From assembly GCA_964035545.1 (NCBI GenBank), contig OZ037767.1, forward strand, positions 30,210,628-30,274,627: a stretch of DNA of 64,000 bases, in the 5' to 3' direction. The position numbers were made by a program, and so were the translations under genes. Source of the stretch: Bugula neritina. Lineage: Eukaryota > Animalia > Bryozoa. Positions 51,201-64,000 of this stretch are shown here, piece by piece (within the stretch, counting starts at the first letter, position 1; every line of letters begins with the position of its first letter). The notes under the pieces are model-generated. The model was not told the DNA's origin. It saw only the letters and a program-made list of their open reading frames with translations, and did no database searches.

Positions 51201-54200
51201 TAGTCAGAGTGTATCGTATGTATCATATATATTAGTCACAGTGTATCGTATGTATCATATACATTAGTTACAGTGTATCGTATGTATCATATATGTTAGT
51301 CAGAGTGTATCGTATGTATCATATATATTAGTCACAGTGTATCGTATGTATCATATATATTAGTCAGAGTGTATCGTATGTATCATATATGTTAGTCAGA
51401 GTGTATCGTATGTATTATATATATTAGTCAGAGTGTATCGTATGTATTATATATATTAGTCAGAGTGTATCGTATGTATCATATATGTTAGCCAGAGTGT
51501 ATTGTATGCGTTATATTTACATATTTGCATTACAGTTATATGTTTTAAGCATATTTATTAATATTATTTTTATAGAATATTAGTTTAATGTTTATAGTAT
51601 ATATGTTTATTATACTTGAGTTAAATTTACATTTTGTTGATCTTGTATTTTATGTTGCAATTCTTTTTACCCCACATTTATATTACATCTTTACATAATC
51701 CCAAACTAAAATAAAGCTCACTAGTAACATCGATGACTTGACAATACTAGTACTTCCATCAACTATAGTTACCTGGGGTGCCCTCTCTCTCGTCAGATAC
51801 ATAGTCGGGTTTTCCAAGAACTTTGTCCGGTTCTCATCATTGGAGAGGTAATAAACTTTTTCTCTGTACTTGGCCGCACACTCTGGATTTCCCGGCCAGA
51901 GCACATTTTTCTCGAAGAGAGCAACGGGACAGAAATGGTTGAGATCCCCGAGTGGTTTTTTCTTATTCCTGTTGGGATCACCTTCTTCCTGCACCAATCA
52001 GAAACCTCCTTAGATATTGCAGACGTTGACAGTATTATCAAGCATATAAAATAGTTGGAATCCCGTTATTTTACAAGAAAGAAGATATTTGATGATGTCC
52101 ATGAAAAAGGCACCACGACACTACATCAAATAAAATAACTAAAATATTTATAGACATCATATAAGCATAGAATATGTGAGCAACCATATGCTGTATACTG
52201 TAGGCGTGTACCATAATTACATTATATTATAATATTGCGTATACATATCATAAGGTTAAATCATATAAGCATAATATCATATTATGCCATATATGCACAT
52301 TGTAATAATATTATGCTATATAATGTAATATAAGCAAATATGATAGTCTTCCACCATATAAACAGTATTAAAACATTACAACCAAGAATATAGCAGAAGT
52401 AGTAGACAGCGCACTGTCCATAGCTGTAGGATGGGGCTGATAATAAGTGAGGAACACATGCTAAATAATAGTAACTGATAGACAGGGTGAAGTAGTATTC
52501 CACATGCATAGTATCCAATCTACTGTATTCAATTATAATGTATTATATTACATTTTTATGTTGTATTTTATTATTAAATTAGCAGTAAACAAAATATTAA
52601 ATTTTGCTCTACTAAAATTAACATGCCTCCCACACTTGAATCTTTAAAACAAGAACATTTTTACTTTATGTAACTGATGGACCACACTAAAATATACAAG
52701 TGTTTGTGACAGACCATGTGATATGTCATGTGACATACCATGTGATATGTCATGTGACATACCATGTGATATGTCATGTGACAGACCATGTGATATGTCA
52801 TGTGACATACCATGTGATATGTCATGTGACAGACCATGTGATATGTCATGGGACATGTCATGTGACATGCTGGAAAATAAATGAAACAATTTTATAGTTA
52901 AATTATGGCTCTGTCTTCACTAATACATGCTCAATTGGAATAAATAATGAGTGGGTGGCACACAACAATCTTTTTGTGACACTTAGTAATACATACTTAC
53001 TTTTTTATTAGTACCAAATCTTAATTGCATTTCAAAATCCTTTAAAAAATTACATAACAACCTATATATTAATGTGGTAATATTATAACATTGTTACAAC
53101 CCGATGAGGTGTATACAATATTGTGATATGCATGCTTATAGAAATAGCATTCAACAGGTTCGTGAAAAAGACGTAATTGTTTGTCATGAAATCCTGTATA
53201 GTGTACGTACTGAGACACTCGCAGTTAGAAAGAGGTGCGAATATAAAATGAGTTTAAGCGTATCTAACACTGTTACTACACTACTAGACAGTACGTGTGG
53301 GGATACAACTCCAAATAAACTGTCTACTCATTGTGTCTACTCAAGATACACGGGTACACAACTCCAAAGAGGAGACATCACTATAGAAGAGGCAGCTATT
53401 CAGAGAGTAAACACTGTTTAGTTGGAATGAGATATTTCCACTGACCTCTTCCTCTTCTTCTTCTGCTTCCTCTTCATTCTGCTCATTATCTGCAGCGATG
53501 TCTTCGTCTTCTTCATCCAGATCCATGCCTGTGTACTCCCACCCAGCATACTCGAATCTCTCTACAACCACATCACAGCAAATTTTATCCCGTAAATTAC
53601 ACTTACTAGTAGCAGATGTGATCTTGCAGATTACATTTACTCTCATTATAAAATACTACACTGAATACATGCGGTAGATCACACAGTCTCTAGCCCAAGT
53701 AACAGAGACTAATGCTTGCCTAACCTTTTGTGCTATTTACCTAGTCAAGACTAAACATCAAATGAGAATTCACATTCAAGTTGCTGAAATCCAACATACT
53801 TTCTATTTTCTCGACAGCTTGCTTGAGTACGACATCCACATCGGTGTCATTGATGTCTAATTGAATAGGCTCAATCACGCCGGTGCTGGTGAACACCCCT
53901 TCGATATTCGGGTACTCCCGGTCCCACTCCTTACGCTTCTCTCTGGCGCCTTCTAACTCCGGCCCTTCAACTGGGAGCTCCGCCTGTGAACCAGCGACTC
54001 ACAAATCAACAATCAGTTCATAAAATATAAATCAATAATCAATAATAACAGATCAATTATAAGCTAATAACTGTAAACAAATCACAAGCCAATATGAATA
54101 AGTTTTAAACAATAAAAAGTGATCACATGATTAAAGAGAAGGTAATAATACGAATGTAGCAGTTTATTTAAATTATGAGATAATATAGTATGAAATATAA

Positions 54201-57200
54201 TATTAGTATTATAATAAAATACTGCATTTACTTCTTTTACATCTGGGACTCCAAGAAAGTCTAAAGAGCTGGCTGCACCTGTGACAGGTGTGTCGCTGAC
54301 TGTGACAGAGGCAGCTTCGGCAGCGTTCACCTTGTCTTCAGATGGTGGAAGATCCGAAGTAACTTCATTGCCTTCCGGGGCAGGAATTTCATCTTCGACT
54401 GCAGTATGTGCTCTTTCTCCTGAACATGGGGAAATTACGTGAAATAATAACTTAACTAGATAAGCACTACGTTGTAGGTTTTGCAGTTGCTATTTATAAG
54501 TTAAACATATCACTTGACAATGTGTACTCAAGGAGGTTGAGTGTTCAAACTACTCCAAGGACATATATGTAGTGACACAGAGACAACGGAGAAGAGCAGG
54601 AAATAAATGAAAGCAAATAAAAGTGAATCAGCTAAAGAAAAGGTCAACACAGATAGTGACAGATACCTTCCCCTTCCGTTTCTGTTTCATCTTGTATAAT
54701 GATAGTCGGGGTTTTAACCCCGACATCAGCTTCATTACTCGAGGGGACAGCATTGTCATCAACTGCAGACGTAGGCTGAGTTTCCCCTTCTGTATCAGTC
54801 GGGGCGAGTGGGGTTACACCCTCAATAGCTGACTCTAATCATGCCAACAACACACAAGGAAATCATGAAATCATATGGCATGCATAGCTGGTGAAGCAGA
54901 GCTGTGAAAGGCAAAGAACAACATAAACAGGAAAGGATAACAGAGAGCAGCATGCGAAGGGGGGAGGGTACATGAAAGGAGAGAGACACCACTTAGATAC
55001 ACGTACCAGTTGCAGCGACGTCTTCAGATTCTGCCTGTGCTACCAGTTCACTCTCTGGAATTATACCGTAGATCTCTCTGTCCACTTCCACCGGATCCTC
55101 TCCAGCTTCAACTCGTCTGGCTCGCTCGTCTGCTTTTCTCTTTTTCTCGGCTTCTTCTGCAAGTCTCTGCTCTTCCTCCGCCTTGCGTCTAGAAAAGTAG
55201 CAATCAGATGATATAGAATAATGTGAAACTAAAAGTACAGAGGCCTTTAGCCATTAGAACTTGTATGTGACATACTGAGTTTAATCAACATAGGGCATTA
55301 CTGTACTCTGCAAACACACTCTACAATGTAAGACAAACCAGTACCATTTTAAGTAATTTATTCTTAAGGCACATTTACCCTTCAACATTGTGGAATATAG
55401 TTCTCCAATACACTTATTTTCATGCTATATGCATTTACTAAACCTGAAGCATCTCATTGAAGTTTAGTTTATCACAAACATTACAGGCATGTTGTGTAAA
55501 GGGTTAAAATGATACGGTGAAGCTCGTTTGGGCAGAAAATGGAAAAAGGTGTTCAAATGGAAAGGAAAATTATACGAGTGTTTTGTGTAAGGAATAAACG
55601 CAGTGGAGGAGGCCATGTTGATATAACATTAAGGAGACGTCAAGCTACCCACCCGTCTTGGCTATCATTGTTACACATTGACAAATTCCACGATCTAAAA
55701 GTGAGCAGTGAAGGATCTCTATCAAAAGTTTTCACTATATCAAAGTCCATAGTGATGACAGAAAAAGGAAATGTGGAAAGACAACTTCTATAGCTAAGTG
55801 ATATCCGTATAGTTCAACACCAAAGAAGAAATGTAGCTAATAAAGATAAGTTAGTTGAAAGCACAATATCTAGTAAATTGAGAAACTGAACATATCTAAC
55901 TAAATAATGCACCACAATGCCACACGCTGCTACAGAACGCTACTACAACAAACTAAAAGGAATGTAAAGTCAACACAAGTTTGGCTAAACTTTACATGCA
56001 TGACTCACACACTGAGCTCTACCTGAGACTGAAAAGCTGGTTGAAGTATAAATCCTATAGACATCTTGGACATAATATTTCACTAATTTTACTAACAGCT
56101 TCCAGTAGTGAACTGAAATAGCCCAAGTACCTCAATCTAGTCTATAAACACGTACAGTCGGGTGGTCAGCTATCTACCTGAGTTCCTCTTGCTGTAGCCT
56201 CATAGCCTCAGCTTCTCTAGCCAACCTCTCTGAGATCTGCTGATCCACTTCCTTCCTGTTGAGAGAGTACCACCTCTTCAACAGCATCAGACCTCCCTCC
56301 GAGATGTCCTTGAGGAAGACAGCATCGTCTGGCAGCAAGTTCTTGTCTCCCATCATCGCCCACTGCTCTCGTGTCTGCGGGAAATTATCCAGAATCCATC
56401 CACCAAATCTGCAAGTGACGGATATAGTTTGTTGGCGCAACAAGTGACTAAGCAGAGCAGCTCTGCAGTGAATGACACAGTTGCTGTTGGTTCACAGTAT
56501 AAACATAAAAGTATAAATATATAAAATATGATATCAAAAATAAACATAATGAAAACAATATCACTAAACTGTTGGTAATAATTTCTGCATCACTGAATAA
56601 CATATCATATCAATTTAATTAGTTTAACAAATATATTTAGGAGTTATCTTTTCTCAAGAGAAGTATAGGTGGAAAGTTCCAGAAACACGTAAGCTTTAAT
56701 CGAGTCATGAACTAATTTATGAAAATAATGAATACAATTTGAAAATTACTGGGAGTAGCAGAAGAATCATTTATAATTTTTGTAGATTCACTTTCTTTGA
56801 ACAAAAGTCAAAACATTTTAGTCTTAGAAACAATTTGAATGACTTTTACTACAGTACGTCATCTCATCTACACATCACACTTACCTCGACTTTCTGTCAT
56901 CTACACATTACACTTACCCCAACTATCTGTCGTCTCCACATCACACTTACCTCAACTATCTGTCATCTCCACACCACACTTACCCCAACTATCTGTCATC
57001 TACACATTATACTTACCTCAACTATCTGTCATCTACACATTATACTTACCTCAGCTATCTGCTACTTACACATCACACTTACCTAAACAAACTGTCGCCT
57101 ACACAGTACACTTACCCCAACTATCTGTCACCTACACAGTATACTTACCCCAACTATCTGTCATCTACACATCACACTTACCCCAACTATCTATCATCTA

Positions 57201-60200
57201 CACATCACACTTACCTCAACTACATGTTCACAGTAGAAAATACTCACCGTGGCCCGCCTGGTGTTTTCAAAGCTACCTCCTCCTCAACTTCTTTGATAGC
57301 AGCTTCCACCAAATCAACAGTCACCTAGAATGTCATGAAGTGTTTCAGTGAGACATGCTGTACCATGCATCTAATATGTATGCAAGTATATATGTAATAT
57401 AGAACTCTTATATTATATTATATTTATAAGTTTATACTGTAATATACAAGTGATCTAAGGTTTATAAAGCCTAGTATCAGCACAGCCCTACCTATTACCT
57501 AGTATCAACACAGCCCTACCTCAGCGGATAAATTGATTGGCTGTTTCTCTGCTAACTTGATGGCATTTTCAACAATAGCCTTGACCTCTGGATGAGTTTC
57601 ATCTACACTAATCTCAGGCGGAGGTGGGGTGGGTTGAGGGGTCTCGTCTATAATAAAAAGCACTGATGTAAAACCGAGCATGAATGATGAAATATATAAC
57701 ACAAATTTATCTAGCTTTTTATAAAATTAAACAAAAAAGCAACTTTGACACGAACCTATTGCGAGCAGCTTTAAATCAATTTAACTGAATAATATATTAT
57801 TATCTTCATATTAACAATAATATCTCACTGGTGGCCCAAACAGTTTCACCAATAAAGTGTTGAAATCAACTCAGTTAATCTGACTAACATGAAGTGATAT
57901 TGGCTAGAAATGCGTAGAAGAGCACAGATCTGGTATGACACAATGCGGCGCATAGATAGACAGGTAGTATGCTAACTGGAACAAGCAACTCCAAAGCAGC
58001 CATAGCTGAGTGCAACACAATGCAAGGCTGCAACTTCTAAATCGATGTGAAATATAGTTTAATCTAAATGTTCCCGAAATAAAATAGAAAAACAATTTTC
58101 TTTCTATTTTAATAATAACTGAAAAACATACCAAACCCTTTCAATTTTTTTTATTTCAAATTGTATCGGTTTTGAATGCATAAAACAAAAACTCAAATCT
58201 ATTTCACTGAGTTTAGAGTTCATTGCAGCCTCGCTCAATCAAGTATAACATCCTACTCATTAACAATCATCTAACCACACAATAAAAAGAAATCATCTAA
58301 AAATTTTAAAACGCTGAAGAAATTTAATAAAAAAAAAAACGGGTAACAGAGACAATTCGGATGCATGCAACGAGGATTTGTATGCAAGGCTAATCACAAA
58401 CATCAAAAGCAGAGTACGGAAATCTCAGTCGGGACTTGCCTTGTTCATCGACAAACTGAACTGATTTCTTGACCCCTGTTAAAGTGTAAGTATCTACATG
58501 TAACAGACAGGGATTACATTACTACAAACATAGTATTGAAGCTTAGAGAAAGGAATATGCTTACACAAGCAACAGCGGGGCTTAACTATGCTTACAACAC
58601 GATAAGTTTGTGTATATTGCATACGTCTATCATTATCACAGATATAATATCAGATGGTGAAATGAGAGTAAAGGTGCAATACTTTGGGCTGATGTTAATG
58701 ATGGTGTGGTAAATGAGGGACCTACAGTTTGGGAAGACAATTCCTAACACACCCTTTGATACACACTCATAATATATAGCTGTAATATACATCATGTACA
58801 GCTTTTCAAACACTTAACTTTTCCCAATATAAATGACAGGGTATCAGTTTAATTCTAATTCCTGCATGCATACCACACTATGTCTTGCTGTACAACAACT
58901 CATATATGCACATGTTTACATATAATACACCTAGCCTGAGAGCATATGTTTACATATAATACTAGCCTGTGAGCACATGTTTATATATATTACACTGACC
59001 CTGAGGCTTCAAATCAGCCGACTCAGCTTTCTCATCATCCTCTTCATTTTTCTTTTCCTCTTCTCCAGCAGCCGTTTCACCTTCTGTAGTTTCACCTTCA
59101 CCTTCGGTTGCTCCGTCTTTTTCTTCAGCAGCTTGATCTTTTACAGATAATTGAAATAAACATCAATGGATTTTCATAGAGCTGCTCAATTTTATGCATT
59201 TTCTACTTAAAACATATCCGCATTCTCAAACTCAGCCAGTCAAGTGTGTTCAACCCTCAATACCATAAATATGGTAAAACAGAAAGCAATATCTAAGATG
59301 CAATACATTAACAAGTAATACACAAACAAACAAACAAACCTGCAGGTTGATCAGAGACCTCTCCTTCTTCACCTTCACCAGCCTCTGCTGCTGCTAGTGC
59401 TGCCGCCTCCTTTTCAGCAGCTTCTCTGGCCTGCCGCTCTGCTTCTTCGGCAGCTAATCTTTCTGTAAACAAACAACATTACGTCATGGAGTAAACAAAC
59501 AGCATCACTTCATAGAGGAAACAAACAGCATTACTTCATGGAAGACTGCTGGATGTAATTTATTGAAATTGATAAAAAGACCATCGACTGGTATTGTTCA
59601 AAATAAAATGCATATGCAACATTTATATGCATGCTAAAAGTGGCAAGAAATTACCGGAAACTTCTATACGTGAAATTTCTAAACTAGTCTCGGCTGTTGC
59701 AGTTAGGTTCTCTTTAACACCTGTGATTTTCTCACTCGAGATGGTAAAAAGACATCAGCGGCTTACCTGCTTCCACCCTTGCTGCCTCGGCAGCGGCCTC
59801 CTGAGCATCTTTAATTTTCTTCTTGATCTGTTCAATGGCTGCCTCAGTGGACTCTTGTCTGACTGTCTCAATATACTTGGCTTTCTCCTCGGCCAACTTA
59901 GGGTCAAGCTTAGCCTGCACGTTGACTACCTTAGCGCCGTATCTACAGCACACTTACCAGTTTCAGTAATACAAATACTCAGTCTGATAAAATTTAGACA
60001 GTCTAATACGAATCTGATGCAGTAACAACACTAATTTCAACAGCTATAAATTGAAACAAAATATCTTTTTATAAACTGTGCACAAATTCAGGTACTTAGA
60101 AATTGCTAGTGTCAACATGAAAATTTAGGACGGGCTCCAAAGAAGTTATTTCAACTAAATTCTAAAGAAATATGAATATAACAATATATTTGTGACTAGC

Positions 60201-63200
60201 AACAGTATTTACCAATTAACTACAAGTAATGCTCGTACCTTTCTGCCAACAGTTTACTTAGAGTTGAGGTGCCGGAATGAGGTGGCCCCAGAACCGCAAA
60301 CTTAGCTGGAGGTCTTGGTTGAGGAGGAAGCAAGTATGGGCGGGGGTTTTTAAGAAACTTCGCAAAAGCCTCTGGCGTTGACATCAGGTAAAGCTTATCC
60401 AAGAAGCTACAAGAGACAACCAGCGTCACTGTAAATAGCTCCACCTTTTTTGTTGCAGAACATTAGAGTTTTCAAGTTGCATAATATTATCTGATTTAAC
60501 TAGAAATTTGGAACAAAATTTAAAACTCACCCGCACGCAAATTCTGCTCTACCAGGAGAGAGAATACCTTCTTGTAGCGCCACAGGGCAGTATCGAAGCC
60601 ATCTGCTTCTTCTCCATCTAAATCTGGGTGCCACCTGTAGTAGTGACATCACAGAAACTGTATACAGTGTGATGAGTAAGTAATGACATCACAGATACTG
60701 TACACTATACTGTACACTCACCATGTTTTTAGGAGCCAAGTTTCTCATCAACTCGTCTGTCTCCGTGTCCTCGATAACTTCCTCTTCCTCGTCCATATTA
60801 GCCAATCGAATTGGCACGGCAGCCGGCCGGATGTTGAAACAGTTCAATTTGGCTAAAATTTGCTACAAATCACAGACAAAGTTATTATTCTCTCAAAACA
60901 AAATTTCTTTCACCTTAAAGATGCAGCAGATTAAACTATAAAATGATATTTTATAATTGTATAAAATATCATCAATCATAAAAAATAACAGCTAACATTA
61001 GGCCTGCAGCAAAACTTTTCAATGTGAAATTCTTAGCTAAAACCTACATTACAAAATAAAATGTAATAAATTTGATATGATTATTATTGGAGACTATAAT
61101 CATAGAAATATAATGCAAACAAAATAAAAAATCAAAAGACAACAAACAAGAAAAATGACATAAAACCTTTTCCAAGACGTTGACAGGTTGATTAGCATCG
61201 AGTTCTATGAGATGTTGTTGATTGTGATCAGCCATGTAGTCCTCCAGTATTCTCAGCATGGCACTGCGATAGTGAGCCACATTAGTCACCACATGGTCTG
61301 GTAGATCCTCCGGTCTAACGAGCAGACGACTCACAGTGTCTGCTGGTAAGACGGAAGGTTGATCCTGATTCCCTTCCTAATAGACACAAATTGCACAAAA
61401 AAAACTTTAGGCTATATGAAAGTTAGTAACTTTTTAGATGATTAATAAAAAAACTTTGCCAACAGATCTAGCAGTGTTTAGATTTTATTTGCAACAAAAT
61501 TTATAAATTCAAATTAAAGCCTATAAACTAAATGGTGTTAACAAAATATGTTGCTAGATTTCGACAATTACATGCCAGTTGCAAGTTGGATGTCTACAAC
61601 AATTTTCCCCTCAATAAACCTAAACAGATATTGAGTAATGACTAGCTACAGGAGTTACCTCCTCCTCCTCGTCTTCTGCTTCCTCTTCCTCTTCTTCCTC
61701 CTCGTCTGTTTCCTGTTTAGGTTTCGGCTCAGGTTTGTCGGGATTGTAAACTTCTATAGTATAGATTTCTCCGGTGAGCGGGTCAACTCTTTGCCCGATT
61801 CGCCGTCTCTCTAAATCTGAGTCAGGAATCTGAAATATGAGACGAAAAAGTCTATAATTGATAAAACATGGTGAAAAGTAATTGAATGATGTGAACAATA
61901 TTTTGTCTTCCAAACTTCACTATTAGATGGAATTATTGTGATTATACAAGCATAAGAATTGCAAACACGAAGTGCAATTTAAATGTTTGAAAAGCTTAAT
62001 TTGCATCATGCCAGATATTAGTGATTTAGATTTAACCTAAAAAAACAGACAAATGATTCCACCTTTATATGAACAATAAAATCAGGCTTTAGATTAAAAT
62101 TCTTTATGTGTTCTAATTGGTCTTTGATAGTCATATAGTCCTCATTTAGCGAAGGAAGTCCATCTAGTACATAGCCATGGTGGGCAACCTAGATAACAAA
62201 AGTAAAAACACAATAAAGTAGGAATTCAAAGATATTTTATATTTATCATAGTTGCCGAAGAATATATTGCACATGAGCAGGTTATTTTAGTTTTGCAATA
62301 AATCAAATACCAAACGACAACAAAGAAACATGTATATAGGAAAGTCAACACACTTCCGGAGAGTTGATTTTGTCTTCAATCATTTTGGCCACCATTTCCT
62401 CTGGCACAGCTTCCCCTCTGTGCAGCATTTCTCTGCACTTGTTTCCAATATCTGTGCCCATTTCCATGTTTTGCAATACTAGCTCAGTGGCTACAAAATT
62501 GCAGAAAATAAAATAATACATACAATTGTCACAATCACAATACAAGAAACAAGAATATCCAAAACATTGATACAGCTTGTTAAGTTAGATACTTTGGACT
62601 CGGTCAATGTTATAAAAGCAACTCATTGACTTCAATAAATCAAACATGCTTACGATTCACAAGCTCGCAATGCCAGTTTTGTGAAATCTTTCTGGCAATT
62701 GCTGTTTTCCCAGATCCAGGCTTTCCAAGCACCAGAAAACATGTTGGATTAGACAATAAAAACTTGAGCTCAGTCTGCAAATATATACACGGCAAATAGC
62801 AGTGAGGAACACAAAAAAACTAAAACAATTAAAAATGATAATTATGCAATAAAATTTAGTAATGACATTGACAATGCTCATGAGACAGAACATGACAGAA
62901 TTATACACTCACTATATCATCATCATAACAATCAGTCTTCTCTGATTGTTTTAGCAAAGTTTCTAGATCCATTGAATGACTGACAAGATCTTTACCCTGT
63001 CCAAACAGCAGGGGTTTATTTCCTGGTTCTGCGGTCTAAAATGAATTTAAAATAAAAGAGAAATATGAGCTGCTTTGATCCAATACACCTTAAGCTTTTA
63101 CACAACAGCTTTAGTACAAAAAGCTTAAAGAACTTCTTAACTTGAATTTAGCATTTAATTACAATTTGAAAGCTTACTTTAAAACAAAAAATTTCCACAT

Positions 63201-63822
63201 TGCTGTGTTTGGTATAAATGAAACTGCATAAAAATTATGTTATTCTTATTTTAGTACAAAAGAAAAATCTACTTGAAATAGTTTATTTTACAATTTCTTA
63301 TTAATAAATGTAAAATATTACAACAAAAAATCGTTTTCAAGTTGAAAATACTAGAAGCTGAACACTAATAACCAGCACTCAACACCACATATTATTTATT
63401 TCAATTTCAATTTGTCCAACAACTAACAATTTTTTTTAGTTGCTAATTATATTAACTATAAGTATAAGCTAGTCAATAATATTAATAGTAATAGTTAATA
63501 CTATGAAAAATATCATAAAAATATTAATAATAGTTTGATTGTGAATCAAGTATTTGGTGTCCTTTTAATTGCTAAAACTAAAAATAAAACTAAAATAAAA
63601 GTTATTTTCATATTTATAGTCAAGTTATACAGTTGGAGTTATACTAATACTTGTAGTGAAATTGAAAGAGTCACATTCACAATCACAATGATTCACTGTG
63701 ACAATCACAATGACAATTACAATCAACTTCAAAACTCCACAGGAAATCTGACAGTTGGTCTTTCATTCAACAATTATCTTTACATATAAACGCGTGTTTA
63801 GTTAAACAAAACTTACTTCCAT
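42282..63822 (-). CDS. AK9: Adenylate kinase 9 (multi-AK-domain ciliary/flagellar protein), roughly 40 exons
   Basis: N-terminus FLLSNPTCFLVLGKPGSGKT (62654-62774); further P-loops GAKGSGKS and GPPKSGKT; AK motifs HGYVLDGLP, GGWILDNFP, GFILEGFP, YILDGFP; repeated YCPV/FCPV (YHS-like) modules; C-terminus LPHKLPP..LPMLGYMEQ..KPKYPFL..LKAFNPK..KYKKRLEKF; TGA at 42282. Start ATG GAA|gtaagt at 63822 is tentative. Confidence 0.92.
44779..44890. repeat. 15-bp minisatellite forming most of a ~140-bp AK9 intron
   Basis: ACAGGTATATTACAG x ~7. Confidence 0.9.
46612..48456. repeat. 1.85-kb 11/12-bp satellite forming almost an entire AK9 intron
   Basis: TAGTAATA(C/T)AC and TAGTTATACAGC units from just inside the acceptor (46601) to the donor (48460). 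Confidence 0.97.
51139..51500. repeat. 32-bp minisatellite next to an AK9 acceptor
   Basis: TTAGTCAGAGTGTATCGTATGTATCATATATA x ~11, beginning ~15 nt from the acceptor at ~51125. Confidence 0.93.
52706..52868. repeat. 24-bp minisatellite (mid-intron)
   Basis: ACCATGTGATATGTCATGTGACA(G/T) x ~6. Confidence 0.92.
56865..57222 (-). repeat. 33-bp minisatellite, 11 copies, each with (A/G)G|GTAAGT on the AK9 sense strand
   Basis: + strand ACTTACC every 33 bp from ~56879 to ~57209; the real donor CG|GTGAGT is at 57247. Confidence 0.9.
58440..58475 (-). CDS. 36-nt AK9 microexon (GVKKSVQFVDEQ) with GC donor
   Basis: ctttaacag|GGGTCAAGAAATCAGTTCAGTTTGTCGATGAACAAG|gcaagt; phase 1-1, fits between flanking exons ..KPQ G| and |DETPQP. 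Confidence 0.65.
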
Positions 63823-63930
63823 TTGAACCTAAACTAAGTAAACTTCTACAGACATTTAAACATTTGTCCTCAGTTTATTGACCACCTATTCTGGAGGGTC
63901 TAAAATCGTGTCTAAATCTTGTACTAGTAC

Positions 63931-63943
63931 GTTTCTTAGCAAC
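63931..63943 (-). promoter_or_regulatory. RFX X-box upstream of AK9
   Basis: GTTGCTAAGAAAC on the minus strand, ~110 bp upstream of the putative ATG of a ciliary gene. Confidence 0.6.
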
Positions 63944-64000
63944 AACGTATTCCGCATGCGCTAAAAATAATCTCATAGTTATTAAGAAAAGATTTAAAAA

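Noticed and set aside
55378-55503. Tiny piggyBac-like MITE (TTTA CCCTT...AAGGG TTAA)
   Set aside because: Only ~5-bp TIR match and an imperfect left TTAA; not supportable without other copies.

Overview
AT-rich animal (probably invertebrate) genomic DNA with intron-rich genes, so most track ORFs are exon fragments or repeat artefacts. Spliced genes I reconstructed by hand: (1) a possible last exon of an unidentified + strand gene (~2389-2576); (2) an uncharacterised coiled-coil/C2-like gene on - (~14512->4819); (3) TMEM39 on + (18367-22990); (4) an IQCM-like IQ-motif gene on - (40807->23576) with an unexpected five-exon VWA domain inside its conserved C-terminal region; (5) adenylate kinase 9 (AK9) on - (~63822->42282). 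Mobile DNA: a full-length, very young Ty3/Gypsy LTR retrotransposon (29967-37142) in an IQCM-like intron, with apparently identical 559-bp LTRs, ATAA TSD, tRNA-Leu PBS, a -1 frameshift signal and one stop codon in the integrase core. There are also three non-autonomous DNA elements with clean TSDs (PIF/Harbinger-like, hAT-like, Merlin-like). The most striking window-wide pattern is that many introns carry their own private minisatellite that starts at a splice junction and in several cases multiplies the splice site itself. Gene names come from my recall of family motifs, not from database searches; exon coordinates are hand-read.
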